IMG/VR virus record: IMGVR_UViG_3300045450_000109
Location: 1 to 64,000 of that record
Origin: a virus
Strand: one strand, 5' to 3'
Length of the DNA stretch: 64,000 nucleotides
Below, one piece after another: positions 9,508 through 19,177 of the stretch. The position numbers and the translations under genes were made by a program. How positions within the stretch are numbered: the first letter of the stretch is position 1; each line of letters starts with the position of its first letter. The notes beneath the pieces were generated by a model. The model did no database searches, was not told the DNA's origin, and saw only the letters and a list, made by a program, of their open reading frames with translations.

Positions 9508-10194
9508 ATGAAAACACTGCTACTGGATAACAACGGCCGTTTCCTGCATTGGGACGCCCTGATTGCTCAGGCACTGTCAGCGTTTAAGAAAGAACAATCG
9601 CTGATTTACGAATCACTGCGTGAACTCTCACGTAACCAACGTGTGGTGTACGCCCGCACCGCACAAGCCACCGGTCAGAAAAATACAACTGACGATGGCA
9701 CGTACTGCGACATCATCGAACCGGGTGAAGTCAAGCTGTACAAAACCGAAGCCATCGATGCCACGGGTAAAACCGAAATGGTGGATGCGATTGAGTCACA
9801 TGAAAGTTTCGGTCTTGTTCTGCGTGTGCAAACCGATGAAACCGGTGAGACCGACCCGCTGGAATACGGTTATGTACGTTTCCGTTTGCTGGCAGACGGT
9901 GAGACCCCACCGGTCAGTAACTTAAAACCCCTGCAAGACGACAACATTGTTCCAAGTTATGACAAACAAGTTATGTTGGGTTTGCGTGATGCGATGGTGG
10001 GTAACGATAACCTGAGCTTCATGTACACGCCATACGTCATGATGATCACCCGTCTGCAAACCGTGGGGCTTGATAACGTGCACCTGATTGCGGATGAGCA
10101 GGAACAAACCTTTTCCATGCAGGCCATGGTCGGTGATTATCTGGTGGACACGCACTTTAATCTGGGCGTCGTGCGCAACTATTTCAACCTGTAA
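9508..10194 (+). CDS. hypothetical protein
   Basis: ATG after AAGGA. The track start at 9394 would overlap the exonuclease gene by 100 nt. Confidence 0.7.
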   Translation: MKTLLLDNNGRFLHWDALIAQALSAFKKEQSLIYESLRELSRNQRVVYARTAQATGQKNTTDDGTYCDIIEPGEVKLYKTEAIDATGKTEMVDAIESHESFGLVLRVQTDETGETDPLEYGYVRFRLLADGETPPVSNLKPLQDDNIVPSYDKQVMLGLRDAMVGNDNLSFMYTPYVMMITRLQTVGLDNVHLIADEQEQTFSMQAMVGDYLVDTHFNLGVVRNYFNL

Positions 10195-10200
10195 GTGATG

Positions 10201-10229
10201 CAGTGGGGGCCAAAGCCCCCACTGTTTTT
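10201..10229 (+). terminator. intrinsic terminator
   Basis: 10-bp stem CAGTGGGGGC-CAAA-GCCCCCACTG followed by TTTTT. Confidence 0.85.
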
Positions 10230-10236
10230 AAAAGTG

Positions 10237-10265
10237 GAAATAACTTTTTTTTGGACCCATATTAC
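10237..10265 (+). promoter_or_regulatory. phage promoter-like motif
   Basis: GAAATAAC-N13-CATATTAC; AAATAA to ATATTA offset 21 bp; located after a terminator. Confidence 0.45.
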
Positions 10266-10321
10266 TGCAGCGGAATGAGTAAAAGGAACTCTAACGCATT
10301 ATCAACCAGAGGAATGGCATT

Positions 10322-10882
10322 ATGGTCATGTCTGTTGCAGTCGAACCTTCATTCCCCTTGATTCAACAGATTCAACATGAGGGGATGATTTTAGAAACAT
10401 ACCGTGTGGATAAAGACACGGTGAGAGCCCGAATTTTAGTGGATGGGAAATGTGTGGTCGATGAGCACATGACCCGCCCACATAACTCGTTGCGCGCCAT
10501 TGTACAGTGCGCTTACGACAATGCATTCTACTGGGACCCGCGTATTGTGTTCCAGTCCCCAGACGAACGTGACGCGATTTTGAAGCGTCTGAAAGAGTAC
10601 TGGGAAACCATCACTGACCGGAAACTGAATCCTTCGGCCTCCGTGGTTAAACAGATTGACGTTGACGGCCGTAAAATCAAACTTGCTCGCCACTGGCATC
10701 CCAACCGCTTAGTGGTCCGCATTTATTGCAGTTTCGTGGTAACGGGTGTCCCGGTGAGTGTCCACCCGGGGTTCGTCATGGAAGCTGAACAGAAATACTC
10801 CGTTGCCTGTGAATTAGCAGCAAACCAAAAACCGCCTGCTGAACAAGAAGTGATAGCGGCGTTATTAACACAAATAAAATAA
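10322..10882 (+). CDS. hypothetical protein
   Basis: 186-aa ORF, GAGGAA SD. Confidence 0.75.
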   Translation: MVMSVAVEPSFPLIQQIQHEGMILETYRVDKDTVRARILVDGKCVVDEHMTRPHNSLRAIVQCAYDNAFYWDPRIVFQSPDERDAILKRLKEYWETITDRKLNPSASVVKQIDVDGRKIKLARHWHPNRLVVRIYCSFVVTGVPVSVHPGFVMEAEQKYSVACELAANQKPPAEQEVIAALLTQIK

Positions 10883-10893
10883 GGATTGAGCGC

Positions 10894-12552
10894 ATGAACG
10901 ACAAAGTAGGCATCGGTGCCGCGACACCGTCTGTCTTAGATTATCCTGCACTGGTTACTCACGTCACGCAGACGTTTGCGAAACACAGTGCCGACATTAT
11001 CTTTCGCACCGTGCCCCAAAACGGGAAAGAGGGCGAAAAACCCGCATCAGCGAATTCTGTCTATCTGGCGGCTTTACCGGCCCCTGAGCGCGTTGGACAC
11101 AACTGCTTCACCTGCCGGGATTTCTTCAGAAATTATTCTGATTTAGTGATCATTAACAAAGACGGGACATTGACGTCAGCGGTATGGGACCCAACGGATT
11201 GTCCGGAAGGGTACGAGTCTGTAGTAACCGCACTGAAACACCGTGCGGAATCCGGACGCGTGTCTGGGCGTTTCTTCACCGGTGCGAAACTGCTGGGTAC
11301 CGCAGAAACCAATAACCCCACGAAAGGGTCGTTTGAACACTTCCATATCACTGCCAACAAACAGATGGAAATCGGTGTTGAAACGGTGGGTTACATGGAG
11401 AACGAAGCGAATGTGGCGCGTGAGTTGTTCTCCAAATCACTGGGGGCTTATACCCCAGCAACACTGGACTGGGCGATTCATCAGTTTAAGTACGATGCAT
11501 CGCTCTACACCCGGCCGGCGGGTCTGGCTTCACTGGAGCGTTTCAAAGAAGTCCAGACCCAATACAAAGCCCTGCCGCATGCGCGCCGTCAAGCGTTCAT
11601 CTGGTTGTTCTCGCAAACCTTACCGGGCGGTGTAGCCACGTTGGTGAACACCGCGCTGGGGACGTATCTGATTCGCATCCAGGACGCGAAAACCGACCAC
11701 GCACGTCGTTACGCCCGGGATGCATACATCGACCAGACCCGTTCTGAAAACTACATGCACGCCACCACCGAATCCAGCGAAGGTCAACTGGATGCGGCTG
11801 AAAAGCTCATTGAAAAACTGGGCGTGGCGGCATCTCTCGAACGTCGTGCGGCAACACTGTCGGACATTCAGGAATGGGTATGGCAGCATCCTGAACCTGA
11901 AGAAGACGCCAAAGAAACCGGTGGTGTTTTCGACCGTCTGCGTAAACAGACCACAGAAAAGCCAAACTCCACGGTCAGCGGTACCCGCATCGACTGGGGT
12001 CGGTTTGTTCGTGAGATTCTGCCTCAGGCAAAAAGTGCGCAGGTGGAAGTACCTCAAAATAACCACAACTACGGTCGCATGATTACCGCGGTACATCCAG
12101 ACGCACCGCCGATTGTGGTTTGGGATGACGAAGAATGCCGTAACCCGGTGTCCTGGTACATCTACAACGGAGGGTCTCCGGCGGCCGCCTGGAATCTATC
12201 TCGTGGGTCATTCGTGAAACTGACAGGCGTTGTTGCAACCCCGTCAAACTGGAACGGTAAGCGTCTGCCGAACCTCCATGAAGGACACATGTTGGTCATG
12301 GAGGGTGCTATCGAACAGGCAGTTGGGACACTGGGTCTGTTCCCAGAAATCCTCAAACGTGAGCTCTACCCAGCGCGCAACGCAATTGAGAACCTGTCGC
12401 GTAACACGCCGCTTGTGCGTGAAGACAAAGAGAACGAGTTTGCGGGTATCATCATCAACAAAGGTATGGATAACGACCATCCTTACCTGCGTGTGTTGGT
12501 GGAACTGCCTACCGGTTTCGTGAAGTTTGATATTACCCGCTGGGTCGAATAA
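10894..12552 (+). CDS. hypothetical protein (552 aa)
   Basis: Long ORF, AAGGA SD, terminator downstream. Confidence 0.8.
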   Translation: MNDKVGIGAATPSVLDYPALVTHVTQTFAKHSADIIFRTVPQNGKEGEKPASANSVYLAALPAPERVGHNCFTCRDFFRNYSDLVIINKDGTLTSAVWDPTDCPEGYESVVTALKHRAESGRVSGRFFTGAKLLGTAETNNPTKGSFEHFHITANKQMEIGVETVGYMENEANVARELFSKSLGAYTPATLDWAIHQFKYDASLYTRPAGLASLERFKEVQTQYKALPHARRQAFIWLFSQTLPGGVATLVNTALGTYLIRIQDAKTDHARRYARDAYIDQTRSENYMHATTESSEGQLDAAEKLIEKLGVAASLERRAATLSDIQEWVWQHPEPEEDAKETGGVFDRLRKQTTEKPNSTVSGTRIDWGRFVREILPQAKSAQVEVPQNNHNYGRMITAVHPDAPPIVVWDDEECRNPVSWYIYNGGSPAAAWNLSRGSFVKLTGVVATPSNWNGKRLPNLHEGHMLVMEGAIEQAVGTLGLFPEILKRELYPARNAIENLSRNTPLVREDKENEFAGIIINKGMDNDHPYLRVLVELPTGFVKFDITRWVE

Positions 12553-12572
12553 AATAGACCTACGGCATAATC

Positions 12573-12598
12573 GGGGAGCTTCGGCTCCCCATTTTATT
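12573..12598 (+). terminator. intrinsic terminator
   Basis: GGGGAGC-TTCG-GCTCCCC followed by ATTTTATTT. Confidence 0.8.
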
Positions 12599-12628
12599 TG
12601 TTCCCTTGCTACTACCGGAGTATTTGAA

Positions 12629-14077
12629 ATGACTAAGTTACCACAGAACCTGTATCAACCGTACGACGTATTAACCCGCTTTTTAGAGTCAATGCCCGAT
12701 GGCATGGCTTACGATATTCTGCAAACAAAGGTTCCGGCACTCAAGCGCCTGAAGCAAAAGGATTTGGATATTTTGCTGCAATATACTCGCGAGAAAGACC
12801 GTGTGATTGTGACCGAAACCAAACGCAAAGGTGCACCGGCATCGGTGTTCTTACGTCACAAGATGTACGGGGCGCCTACCGTGGTACCTGAAGCAGAACC
12901 GGTTAAAACTGACACCACGGTGTATGTGGCCACTGCAGGCAAACCGGAACTCCAACCTACCCCTCCCACCAAGGCCCCAGTAACGGCCAGTAACCGACTG
13001 GATAACGGAATGAAAGACATACAAGCACTTCGTGAGCGGTATTTAGACGCGAGCTTACACGTTGCCGCAAAGGATATTCTGGCGTTCTTAGAACAGAAGC
13101 CCAATGGCGTCAACCGTACCGAACTGGGCAATGGCGTTTTGGCATACCACCGTTTACGGGGCCCATACCGCCAGGTCGTACTGTCGTATCTGGTTAGTCA
13201 CGAAGGGGTGCAGGAAGTCCAACCCGAACCAGGTATCGTGCGGGGTGCAGTGCGATTCCTGCATTCGAAGTTCGTGAAGTCAGTGGACAAATCAGAGAAG
13301 CCGTACGACCACAGTGCACCACAACTGACATTGGATAAAATCACCCCGATGGAAGAGAAGTCACCGGTAACACCAACACCAACCACGCCGGTACAGGTTC
13401 CTGATGCCGTCGAAGAACAACCGCAAATCCTGTCGCTGATTGACATCGGTCAGAAGATTGTGGACGTGTTGAAAAACACCGAAGGCAATTCCCTGACTAT
13501 GTATAAGCTGCACAACATCGTGCCGGAATACCATGACCTGTCAGACGTCGAGCGTCGCGAGTGTATTGGTTACCTGGTACGTAACGACATTGTGCGGACT
13601 TACCGGGTGCCGAATGTTAATGCGGGCACCATGTGGATTAAGCTGTACGATTCAGAGGAGAACACGCACACCACTGGCGAGTTGCCAAACAACGCGATTG
13701 CCAATGCGGTCATGGAAGCGTTGGACAAACAACAAGGGCGTCCGCCTGTCTGGGCCGATATTACCCCAGTACCCAAAATCTTTCCACGGGCACCTATGCC
13801 TGCTCCAGTGGTGTTCGAGCAGTTGGAAGGACCAGCACCTGAACCGGTTGGCAACATGAGCAGTAGCAGCATCCGGGCGCAGATTGCGCAACTGGAAGCC
13901 ATGGCTGCGCAGTTAGAGCAGAAAGAGCAGAACCAGGCATTGCGGGATACGGTGGTTCCTCTGCGTGATGCGATTGTTAAGGAATACGGAAACGTCCAGG
14001 AAGCATTGACTTTACAAATCGATGCTGTGGCAGCACTGGGCATGGCAATTGAACGTTTAAACGGAGCTTTGAAATGA
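12629..14077 (+). CDS. putative DNA-binding protein with three winged-helix-like repeats and a C-terminal coiled coil
   Basis: ATG after TACCGGAGTA. Three internal ~65-aa repeats are visible by eye. The track start at 12527 crosses the terminator. Confidence 0.55.
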   Translation: MTKLPQNLYQPYDVLTRFLESMPDGMAYDILQTKVPALKRLKQKDLDILLQYTREKDRVIVTETKRKGAPASVFLRHKMYGAPTVVPEAEPVKTDTTVYVATAGKPELQPTPPTKAPVTASNRLDNGMKDIQALRERYLDASLHVAAKDILAFLEQKPNGVNRTELGNGVLAYHRLRGPYRQVVLSYLVSHEGVQEVQPEPGIVRGAVRFLHSKFVKSVDKSEKPYDHSAPQLTLDKITPMEEKSPVTPTPTTPVQVPDAVEEQPQILSLIDIGQKIVDVLKNTEGNSLTMYKLHNIVPEYHDLSDVERRECIGYLVRNDIVRTYRVPNVNAGTMWIKLYDSEENTHTTGELPNNAIANAVMEALDKQQGRPPVWADITPVPKIFPRAPMPAPVVFEQLEGPAPEPVGNMSSSSIRAQIAQLEAMAAQLEQKEQNQALRDTVVPLRDAIVKEYGNVQEALTLQIDAVAALGMAIERLNGALK

Positions 14078-14535
14078 ACCCGATACTGGAAACAATCCAA
14101 GGTAATATCGACGACCTGATTAAACGTCACGGATGGATGGTGACGGGTGTAGGCGGGGATGATGGGACGCCTCCGTTTGTATACACCATCGGGTTAACAG
14201 AACTGCGGTTGCCCGAACTGTTATTGACCGGTCTGAGTCTTAACACTGGTGGCGCCATTGTTAACTCAATTGCTGAACGGATGTTCATCAACAAAGAAAC
14301 ACTGAATGTCGGACCCCAACCCAACGGATTTACCGTACCGGGCGGGTACCCATTACGCCTGCATGCACAACCGGTAAACAACATACGGGATGCTCTGGGA
14401 ACGTATCTTGTTCAAGCGCGGAACCGCTACGCAGGCAATATGGTCGGCGTCATGCAACTGTTGTGGGGCGACGACAAAAACGTCCTCCCTACCGAACCCG
14501 GTTACAGCATTTTGATGCCGCAACCGATAGTGTAA
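14074..14535 (+). CDS. hypothetical protein (DUF4262-like)
   Basis: HGWMVTGV....PPFVYTIGL....PELLLTGL pattern; ATGA overlap with the upstream gene. Confidence 0.5.
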   Translation: MNPILETIQGNIDDLIKRHGWMVTGVGGDDGTPPFVYTIGLTELRLPELLLTGLSLNTGGAIVNSIAERMFINKETLNVGPQPNGFTVPGGYPLRLHAQPVNNIRDALGTYLVQARNRYAGNMVGVMQLLWGDDKNVLPTEPGYSILMPQPIV

Positions 14536-14540
14536 TAGAG

Positions 14541-14566
14541 AAGGAGGGGAAACCCTCCTTTTTTTG
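14541..14566 (+). terminator. intrinsic terminator
   Basis: AAGGAGGG-GAAA-CCCTCCTT followed by TTTTT. Confidence 0.85.
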
Positions 14567-14589
14567 GCTTCAACACCGGAGTATTCACA

Positions 14590-15600
14590 ATGGCCCTGAC
14601 TATGCTACAACGCACCATCAATGCCGTGACTGTCGCATTGACCATTGGTAAAAAGATTGGGATTCGTGAATTCATTGATGATTGGGTGACCCAACACAAT
14701 GGCGTTATCCCTGACCAGTTCCTTTCCTATAACGCGCTGCTTGATCATTATACCCTGCACCTCAAAGAAGAGGCGATGAAAGACGGGATTAAGCCCGGAA
14801 CCTACGACAACGTGTCACTGCACTACCGTGCCCACACGTGGCTGTATAGCCGCTATACGGCAAGCATTGACCCCCGTATCGCCGCAGAGGTAGTGACCAC
14901 TCCGTATGACGGCGTGTTCCATGGGGAAATCTTCCGCCGGTTGCCCCACTGGACAACACGGTTCAGTATCATGGCTATCAATCCTGAGCATCCTGACGGA
15001 CCATTGGGCATGGACATGATGTTGGCCCGAGCCATCGTGGACGGTAAAGATGCCATGATTTTGGGGTTATCGGTTGTGGGTCGTGACAGTGAGGAGCCAA
15101 TCAGCGACCTCGACAATGACTCCGAATATTTTACTGTCTTCCTGGACTTGGACCAGCCTACCGTTGAAGAAGCCATGTTGTCATTGGAAAAATACAACAT
15201 CAACCCTGACACGGGTACACGGTTAAATGCTGGTAATGTCCGTGCCGTAGAGAGCTTTCTGTCGGTACCCATGTTTGTGTGCAGTCAACTCCCACCTCAG
15301 TCGAAATCACAAGGACGTATTCAACACCAATCCGTGAAAGTCAAACGCAAGGGTAAACGATGGGTACTGCAACCCGCAGCAAAGTTAACCGAAGAAATCT
15401 TTGGTAGCAGCCTGGCGGACTTGCTGGAAGAAAACCCGAACTGGGACCGGACCCAGTGGCTGTATGACGACAACAACCGCGGTCGGTTCATTGCGGAATG
15501 GGTGGACACCGACACCGATGACCCCACGTTTTTCCTGGACTGGATTCCACCGGAAATCCCAGAGGGCGAAAAAAAGCAAGGGGAAAACCCCCCTGCTTGA
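14590..15600 (+). CDS. hypothetical protein (336 aa)
   Basis: ATG after ACCGGAGTA leader. Confidence 0.8.
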   Translation: MALTMLQRTINAVTVALTIGKKIGIREFIDDWVTQHNGVIPDQFLSYNALLDHYTLHLKEEAMKDGIKPGTYDNVSLHYRAHTWLYSRYTASIDPRIAAEVVTTPYDGVFHGEIFRRLPHWTTRFSIMAINPEHPDGPLGMDMMLARAIVDGKDAMILGLSVVGRDSEEPISDLDNDSEYFTVFLDLDQPTVEEAMLSLEKYNINPDTGTRLNAGNVRAVESFLSVPMFVCSQLPPQSKSQGRIQHQSVKVKRKGKRWVLQPAAKLTEEIFGSSLADLLEENPNWDRTQWLYDDNNRGRFIAEWVDTDTDDPTFFLDWIPPEIPEGEKKQGENPPA

Positions 15601-15683
15601 ATTCGTTAAAGAAGAGACCCAAATAGGGGTACTGCAACCACCAGTCTGGTCGGCATGAAAGGCCCTGGTCGTTACAGCCCCTA

Positions 15684-15691
15684 TATATTAC
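15684..15691 (+). promoter_or_regulatory. isolated TATATTAC box on + strand at the 3' end of the minus-strand gene
   Basis: Same octamer as the other promoter-like sites, but it lacks the upstream AAATAA. Confidence 0.25.
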
Positions 15692-16098
15692 TGAACGGGT
15701 ACCACGGTGTTGCCTTGCGCCTGACGTCGAGTGTAGTGGGATGCACCGAATAGCCGTACTGCCCAATACATCAGAAACCAGTAACGCCAGGACATCCCCA
15801 GACGGTAACGAATGTTATCGCGCAACAGATTGTCTGCTTCGGCTTTCTCGTACTCACCTGACCCGTACATCCAGTCATGGACAGCGGCAGCCGGGAAGTA
15901 TTTGTAGAAACTCGGATACAGACTTTGCAACCAGCGTCCTGATGACGCCCCGTCGGTTTTAAACCCTTTGGGGATAGTCACTTCCGGTGTGATATACACG
16001 TCGGTGAACTGGAACATCTGTTCATCCGGTAAGTACTGCAACGGCATAACGGGAAACGTAAACGCAATCATTATTAACCCCCAACGTCGTAAAACCAC
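15688..16098 (-). CDS. DUF1353-like protein
   Basis: KGFKTDGASSGRW....AAAVHDWMY matches the DUF1353 pattern. It is the only convincing minus-strand gene. The start may be the internal ATG at 16071 (GGGGG SD). Confidence 0.65.
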   Translation of the reverse strand: MVLRRWGLIMIAFTFPVMPLQYLPDEQMFQFTDVYITPEVTIPKGFKTDGASSGRWLQSLYPSFYKYFPAAAVHDWMYGSGEYEKAEADNLLRDNIRYRLGMSWRYWFLMYWAVRLFGASHYTRRQAQGNTVVPVQ

Positions 16099-16121
16099 GA
16101 CATACGATTAGGATACCCATC

Positions 16122-16433
16122 ATGACTGAATACCATTCGTTCTTCGCACCCTGGTTATTGAAAGACAGTATTCTGTTGTCCGGGGTTGTGTTCATTTTAT
16201 TCCTGGCGCTCACACTCACAGTGGCACCCACGTTCAGTAAATTGCAAGCCACTATTTTTGCAGGCGGCAGTGTCATCAGTAGTGTCCTGACCGTGTTTGT
16301 ATTGTGTCATCCAGAAGGCATGTCTTATCACCAATTGCTAGTTATGCAGTTTGTGTTCTGGATGATGCTTGGCCCACTGGGTTGGACTATGCTTTATCCC
16401 CTCTGGGAACCAGAAACCGAAAGCATGAAATAA
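16122..16433 (+). CDS. membrane protein (about 3 TM helices)
   Basis: 103 aa, strongly hydrophobic. Confidence 0.7.
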   Translation: MTEYHSFFAPWLLKDSILLSGVVFILFLALTLTVAPTFSKLQATIFAGGSVISSVLTVFVLCHPEGMSYHQLLVMQFVFWMMLGPLGWTMLYPLWEPETESMK

Positions 16434-16455
16434 ACTTTTTTGATAACGATATTAT
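16427..16455 (+). promoter_or_regulatory. phage promoter-like motif (variant ATATTAT)
   Basis: GAAATAAAC-N12-GATATTAT with the 21-bp offset, in an AT-rich 170-bp intergenic region. Confidence 0.35.
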
Positions 16456-16604
16456 TATCATGGTACATGAGTTACTTTTTTACTTACGTATCGCATCATC
16501 TGTAAACGCATGTCGTGTTTACATTACCCCCAATACACGTCGTACCCACACACCGCCGAATGCGTGCAGGCTGTCAAGTACCGTGTCCTATGAGGAAGTC
16601 TGTA

Positions 16605-17513
16605 ATGTTAATTAAACGTCTTAGTCCGTTGGATTTGCCTGAAGGCGAAGAAGTCAAGTACATGTTAACTGCCGACATCGAGCAGATGGCTAAATTAGTG
16701 GGCATTCACCCTGACCGCCTGCGCGATGTAGTGTACTGGAGCAGTGAAAACAATGGTGCGCAGTATTTTGGTTCTGCACGTCCCATGGCGTTTTTCCTGG
16801 ATTACAATGAAGGGGAACGTGCCGGACGCCCGCGTCGCTTGGGCCTCGGAACCGCCGACATTCGTCTCACTGGCCTGACCCGCATGGATGCCACCAAATC
16901 CTTGATAACCATTCCGATTGCGGTGATGAACCCGAAATTCGTAGGGGACCTGGAATCGGGTGATGTCAAGTATGAGGTGATCCCACATATCCAAGTCGAC
17001 ACACCTCACGCCAAAGACCATCGATTTTATGTGTTCCCGAACATGATGAGCCCGTATCTCAACTGGGTATCGTCGGAGTACGTGGTTGGCGAACCCGACA
17101 TGCACCTGAACTTAATGGGGTATGACCTGGTGTTGTTACCAGCAAAAGACACCTCCTTCATGCCGGACATTAGCGAGGAGGACCGGGCGGAAGAAGCAGC
17201 GACTTTTCTCCAAGGCATCTACGACCTCTCGGGACGTGTTGTGTATGACTACGGGTTTAACGTAACCGGTGAATACGTCTATATGGCTGACAGTAAAGAC
17301 GGTTTGCGCATTGACCACCACGTGTGTTATCGGGGTCGCCAAGTATACCGTCGTGAACGTTCTGACATTCTTTCGCCTGCTGAATTGTTGAAGGGTGCCA
17401 TTCAACACCTTAACCTTAATGCCGCAGAACAAGACGAATCTGAGGCCTACGAAATCATGCGAGCCATTCGTGACTCATCGGGTTTTGATGGTCTGGGTTT
17501 CCGCCACAATTAA
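16605..17513 (+). CDS. hypothetical protein (302 aa)
   Basis: ATG after AGGAAG SD; the track start at 16515 has no SD. Confidence 0.75.
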   Translation: MLIKRLSPLDLPEGEEVKYMLTADIEQMAKLVGIHPDRLRDVVYWSSENNGAQYFGSARPMAFFLDYNEGERAGRPRRLGLGTADIRLTGLTRMDATKSLITIPIAVMNPKFVGDLESGDVKYEVIPHIQVDTPHAKDHRFYVFPNMMSPYLNWVSSEYVVGEPDMHLNLMGYDLVLLPAKDTSFMPDISEEDRAEEAATFLQGIYDLSGRVVYDYGFNVTGEYVYMADSKDGLRIDHHVCYRGRQVYRRERSDILSPAELLKGAIQHLNLNAAEQDESEAYEIMRAIRDSSGFDGLGFRHN

Positions 17514-17526
17514 CTGGAGTATACCA

Positions 17527-17739
17527 ATGACCCGTAGACTCAGTTTCCAGGAGCGGCTTTTGATGGCCGCTCAAAAAGATCCCTCGCTTGCAGAGGACAG
17601 CTACCCAGCCCGCCATGCGTTTGACCGCCGTTTCCGTGAACTGAATGTTCCAGAGACCACGGAATCCGCCGAGCGCATCACTGTGGAATCGTTGGTCGCC
17701 GATAACCTGCACGCTTTCGTCAATAAAAAACCGGAGTAA
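17527..17739 (+). CDS. hypothetical protein (70 aa)
   Basis: ATG after CTGGAGTATACCA leader. Confidence 0.65.
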   Translation: MTRRLSFQERLLMAAQKDPSLAEDSYPARHAFDRRFRELNVPETTESAERITVESLVADNLHAFVNKKPE

Positions 17740-17743
17740 AGCA

Positions 17744-18220
17744 ATGTACAACAAAACTGAAATAAGTCGTTTAGTGGCCGCTGCACTGGACAGCACGGGT
17801 TATGTGTTCAATGACGGTGAACTGCAAGGTGAGTCGTTTGAAGAACTGCTGGGATGGTTCTCAGACATGGTGGATGAAACCCACGTGGACCTGACGCATG
17901 TGTCTGGGAATGACTTTGCGTATTTCAGCGAATACGTCTTGACCCATGCCGAGCAAGACAGTCACACCATGCCATCGTCTTATTTCTACGACCTGTTGAC
18001 AGAGCGCTTGCAGCAGATTCGTGACCTGGCAGAAAATGACGGGCCTGTCGACAGTTTCCTGCCGTTGATTTCGCAGGGCATCCAGGCCGCAGCAACATGG
18101 GTGATCAACCATTTTGATGACCCGGACGACCTCGAATCTGAACTGTCGATTTTCGATACCGAAGACGGTATCGGTGAAGTCGATGAAGGGGATGAGTTTG
18201 ACGAAAACATTGAATTTTAA
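17744..18220 (+). CDS. hypothetical, highly acidic protein
   Basis: ATG after CCGGAGTAA (which contains the upstream stop codon); D/E-rich C-terminus. Confidence 0.7.
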   Translation: MYNKTEISRLVAAALDSTGYVFNDGELQGESFEELLGWFSDMVDETHVDLTHVSGNDFAYFSEYVLTHAEQDSHTMPSSYFYDLLTERLQQIRDLAENDGPVDSFLPLISQGIQAAATWVINHFDDPDDLESELSIFDTEDGIGEVDEGDEFDENIEF

Positions 18221-18226
18221 CGGACT

Positions 18227-18649
18227 GTGAAAACCATGACCAAGAAAAAAGAAAAAGCAGCAAAAGGGTTTGTTGATTACCCTGGCAAAGTGTTCACCAT
18301 TATCAGTTCACAGCGACCCAAGCTGATGGAACTGATGCGTCGTGCTATCATTGCCAGCGGTGGCCCAAACTTCGGTGACCTCGTCATGGGTAACGCAGTC
18401 GCGTCCATGAAAGGCAATGTCCACACCCTGTTCATTGAAGTGGCTCAAACCACCGAACCTGACGTCAGACCGGACTGGATTACCTTCTCCATCCCAATGA
18501 AACACGTGGTGGATTTTGTTGGTAACGGCCTGGTTGCATTGGGTGAGCCGGCAAACGTACGCCACTATCGTGCTAACGCCCGTTACCACATTCAAATGCC
18601 GCGTGCACAGACACCGGTTTTTGCAGCGGATTCGGTGATGACACAATAA
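18227..18649 (+). CDS. hypothetical protein
   Basis: 140-aa ORF; start is either GTG 18227 or ATG 18236. Confidence 0.7.
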   Translation: MKTMTKKKEKAAKGFVDYPGKVFTIISSQRPKLMELMRRAIIASGGPNFGDLVMGNAVASMKGNVHTLFIEVAQTTEPDVRPDWITFSIPMKHVVDFVGNGLVALGEPANVRHYRANARYHIQMPRAQTPVFAADSVMTQ

Positions 18650-18655
18650 CCCCCA

Positions 18656-18685
18656 GGGAGGCCGAAGCCTCCCTTTATTTTTTTG
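18656..18685 (+). terminator. intrinsic terminator
   Basis: GGGAGGC-CGAA-GCCTCCC followed by TTTATTTTTTT. Confidence 0.85.
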
Positions 18686-18700
18686 TACCGGAGTATCTCA

Positions 18701-19177
18701 ATGAATGTATCCGCGCTGGACCAACACACATCAGGGAAACTGGTGTTAGAAACACATACCAGTGACTGGGACGATATGAAACATCAGTTACTGGATAACC
18801 TCTACACCCTCATTATCGAACACGGTGATTCTCCTACTGGGTTCAATATTGAAGACCGGGTAGGCATTTACAGCAGCCTGCCTCGTATCAGTTGTACGGG
18901 TGCCTTTACTTCTGATGCTCGGGTATTTCTGCTGCAGTTCAGCGTGTTCCCAACATCAGTGTGTCCGGGCAAACTTGTGGTGGGTGAGTGTAATACCCCG
19001 TACTCGTATTCTGACGTGTGTCAGGAATTCGCCAATGCCGTGTTGAAAGTCATGCGAGACACACAACCGAAACACCACAGCTGGATATTCAAAACCATTC
19101 AAGCCGAACCGGTCACAGTGGGAAAATATTACGGCATGCGCTTACTATTTGTCAGGAGGGAACATGACTATTGCTGA
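18701..19177 (+). CDS. hypothetical protein
   Basis: ATG after TACCGGAGTA leader. Confidence 0.75.
   Translation: MNVSALDQHTSGKLVLETHTSDWDDMKHQLLDNLYTLIIEHGDSPTGFNIEDRVGIYSSLPRISCTGAFTSDARVFLLQFSVFPTSVCPGKLVVGECNTPYSYSDVCQEFANAVLKVMRDTQPKHHSWIFKTIQAEPVTVGKYYGMRLLFVRREHDYC

Noticed and set aside
10894-12552. Possible RNA/DNA ligase, based on the NKDG (KxDG-like) motif followed by EGY
   Set aside because: The two motifs are only ~18 aa apart, and none of the other nucleotidyltransferase motifs could be placed. It is most likely coincidental.
13600-14130. 176-aa minus-strand ORF, plus other antisense or alternative-frame ORFs inside 12629-14077
   Set aside because: They sit inside a long + strand gene that has a conserved leader and repeat structure. 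No independent support exists.
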